Part shown: piece by piece, positions 5,669-5,738 of the stretch | Position numbering within the stretch: position 1 is the first letter of the stretch | How the letters are laid out: every line of letters starts with the position of its first letter | DNA from: PVC group bacterium | GTDB taxonomy: Bacteria; GCA-001730085; JADFSZ01 | NCBI GenBank assembly: GCA_022560555.1 | Contig: JADFSZ010000117.1 | Span: 1-5,738, forward strand | Reading direction: 5' to 3' | Length of the DNA stretch: 5,738 bases | Translations under genes and position numbers: made by a program | The notes under the pieces: generated by a model | What the model saw: the letters and a program-made list of their open reading frames with translations, nothing else | Told to the model about the DNA's origin: nothing | Database searches by the model: none

Positions 5669-5738
5669 AAAAGAAAATCGTGAGCCGTTCCTATCAAACG
5701 GAGCGTGGGGGCATTTCACTTTCATGCAAAAAAGAATC

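Noticed and set aside
5680-5705. A possible hairpin CCGTT...AACGG lies after the small ORF and could be a terminator.
   Set aside because: The stem is only 5 bp with no following T-tract, which is not convincing.
5724-5738. ATG at 5724 (MQKRI...) could be the start of the next gene, for example rsmH.
   Set aside because: Only 5 codons are visible before the window ends, there is no clear SD at proper spacing, and no recognisable motif, so it cannot be supported.
1-5738. I looked for mobile elements, CRISPR repeats, tRNA or rRNA genes, defence or toxin systems, and a horizontally acquired island.
   Set aside because: I found no repeat-spacer periodicity, no terminal inverted repeats flanking a transposase-like ORF, and no integrase or recombinase motifs. 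I also saw no cloverleaf-like GC-rich segment and no obvious compositional break. The gene content is core metabolism and cell-division regulation.

Overview
All supportable genes in this window are on the + strand, and it looks like ordinary chromosomal housekeeping DNA from a moderately AT-rich bacterium (roughly 40% GC by eye, not computed). I could not identify the taxon. I read three transcription units. (1) An AMP-forming acyl-CoA synthetase (91..1623). (2) A tightly packed rex-serC-serA unit (1811..4769), preceded by a good sigma70-type promoter and two Rex-box-like inverted repeats, and closed by a clear Rho-independent terminator. (3) The start of a cell-division (dcw-type) locus: mraZ (5005..5448), with a promoter overlapped by 10-bp-phased TGGG repeats. 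Downstream of mraZ sits an ORF of 55 codons with a near-perfect Shine-Dalgarno that the ORF track does not list. I saw no tRNA or rRNA genes, CRISPR arrays, transposases, integrases or defence-type genes. The points worth a second look are modest. A perfect 42-bp palindrome carries a Rex-box core directly after the ligase stop. A redox sensor appears coupled in one operon to the NAD-dependent serine pathway. A perfect 16-bp tandem duplication spans the mraZ stop codon. The small ORF sits where rsmH normally follows mraZ. All protein family calls come from recognising motifs by eye, not from database searches.
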